From Marsupella aquatica (taxonomy: Eukaryota > Plantae > Marchantiophyta): 64,000 nt of DNA. Numbering within the stretch: the stretch's first letter is position 1; each line of letters opens with the position of its first letter. The translations under genes and the position numbers were made by a program. The notes below the pieces were generated by a model that did no database searches, was not told the origin of the DNA, and worked only from the letters and a program-made list of their open reading frames with translations. Below, piece by piece: positions 62,901-64,000 of this stretch. Where the stretch lies: contig OZ316895.1 in assembly GCA_973895155.1 (NCBI GenBank), forward strand, positions 10,032,184 to 10,096,183. Reading direction: 5' to 3'.

Positions 62901-64000
62901 CCAAAACAGACCAGATTGGCCTGAATGGCAAAAAGCTATCAACGGAGAATTAGATTCCCTACTAAGCAGACACACTTTTGGCCCAGTTGAGCCAACACCG
63001 CAAGACGTACACCTCATTGGCTACTCGGGGGTCTCACTATATGGATGCCTCCCCCATCGCCTGCGACGTTTTTAGGCCTCGGACCCCCTAAAATGTAAGA
63101 AAAAAAATTATTTTTTAACCCCTATAAAGTTGGAATATTCTTGGAATATTCTAAAAATTTGGTTAGAAAGACCCTAATGTACTTATAAGTCTCAAAATTG
63201 AATTTAAAATACCCTATTGTTCTCCTGCAAAAATTCTTAAGTCTTCCCTTCAAACCAATAAAATGACCCTATCTTTCGTCGCACGTGATGTACCATTTTT
63301 GTAGAAGTGAAACCCCCGAGATTGGCTACAAGTGGACCTTCGTCCGCAAAAGAAATGATAAAGGCCAGGTTGTACGCTACAAAGCACGTCTGGTAGGGAA
63401 AGGATTTACCCAACAACCGGGAATTCATTATGATGAAACTTACTCACCGGTTATGGATAGCACAACATTCCGATACCTTATCGGATTTGCCATTTTCCAT
63501 AAACTACAGATGCGACAACTGGATGTTGCGACCGCATATCTATATGGAACTTTAGACACTTGTCTATACATGCGATCACCTCCCGAGTTGGAGCAACGTC
63601 GCCGAGCTTTAGCTCATGGCGCTAAATCGCATATTCCATATTTACATAAGATTATAAAACAATTATCTCAAGTTACACCTCATGTGTCATCTACACATGT
63701 AACTCATAACAATGACACCCATGTGTCAACCATACGGAATACTTGCCGTGGACTAGCTATCCGCGTGTTGAAGGCATTATATGGCCTGAAACAAAGTGGC
63801 AGAGCATGGTATCAAAGATTCACTAATGAAATAATTGCCATGGGTTTTTTCCATGATGCAATTACCCCATGTTTATTTATTAAACATATGGATGACGAAT
63901 ATGTCATCGTTTCTATTTATGTCGATGACTTAAACATATTTGGGACACCCCAAATTACAGAAGATACTATTACTCGTCTTAAATCAACATTTGAGATGAA
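59990..64000 (+). pseudogene. Copia gag-pol with frameshifts, stops and a MITE insertion
   Basis: ORF pieces 59990-60751, 61096-61299, 61412-62755, 62797-63023, then 63329 to the window end. Confidence 0.9.
63024..63320 (+). mobile_element. MITE (CTCGGGGGT family) inserted in the copia RT
   Basis: 8-bp TSD ATTGGCTA at 63016-63023 and 63321-63328. Removal restores VHLIGYKWTFVRKRN. Confidence 0.95.

Larger units (their letters stand above)
59034..64000 (+). mobile_element. Ty1/copia LTR retrotransposon, Bianca lineage, degenerate, truncated by the window end
   Basis: Short 5' LTR ending ...CACA at 59148 (start uncertain) and PBS CGTTCTTAGCACG. Gag MANLEKLTFPALEIDGGNYLEW; protease CIVDSATTHTIL; integrase WHARLGHPG..CTAC, IHVDVC, DNAGEF, QNGLAE, TKMGPQRQLGIYIG; RT YKARLV, LYGLKQSG, YVDD. 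Confidence 0.93.

Overview
Eukaryotic, TE-dense land-plant DNA. GT-AG introns, plant CCD1, SCD2 and cyclophilin genes, and the co-occurrence of CRE and Sola-like elements suggest a non-seed plant such as a bryophyte (inference). Positions 1-~19 kb hold a large Sola-like (DUF7869-type) DDD transposon, truncated at the window start. It carries a divergent ParB-like accessory gene, a triple-domain ORF and about 13 copies of a 17-bp palindrome (CTCGAGA-N3-TCTCGAG) whose polarity flips across the divergent promoter. Its transposase is split in-frame by a complete 10.3-kb CACTA element (6474-16745, TSD CCT) that encodes TnpD, a divergent TnpA/Ptta-like gene and an unexpected SET-domain exon. Next come a CRE-clade RLE non-LTR retrotransposon, a complete PIF/Harbinger element (25501-30220, TSD TAA), an intronless cyclophilin, an intronless SCD2-like gene, a probable solo LTR, an L1 fragment, a non-autonomous MULE (10-bp TSD), Helitron ends, a 14-exon CCD1 gene, several MITEs and a Bianca-lineage Ty1/copia element running off the right end. 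All protein-family calls come from motif recognition by eye; no searches were run.
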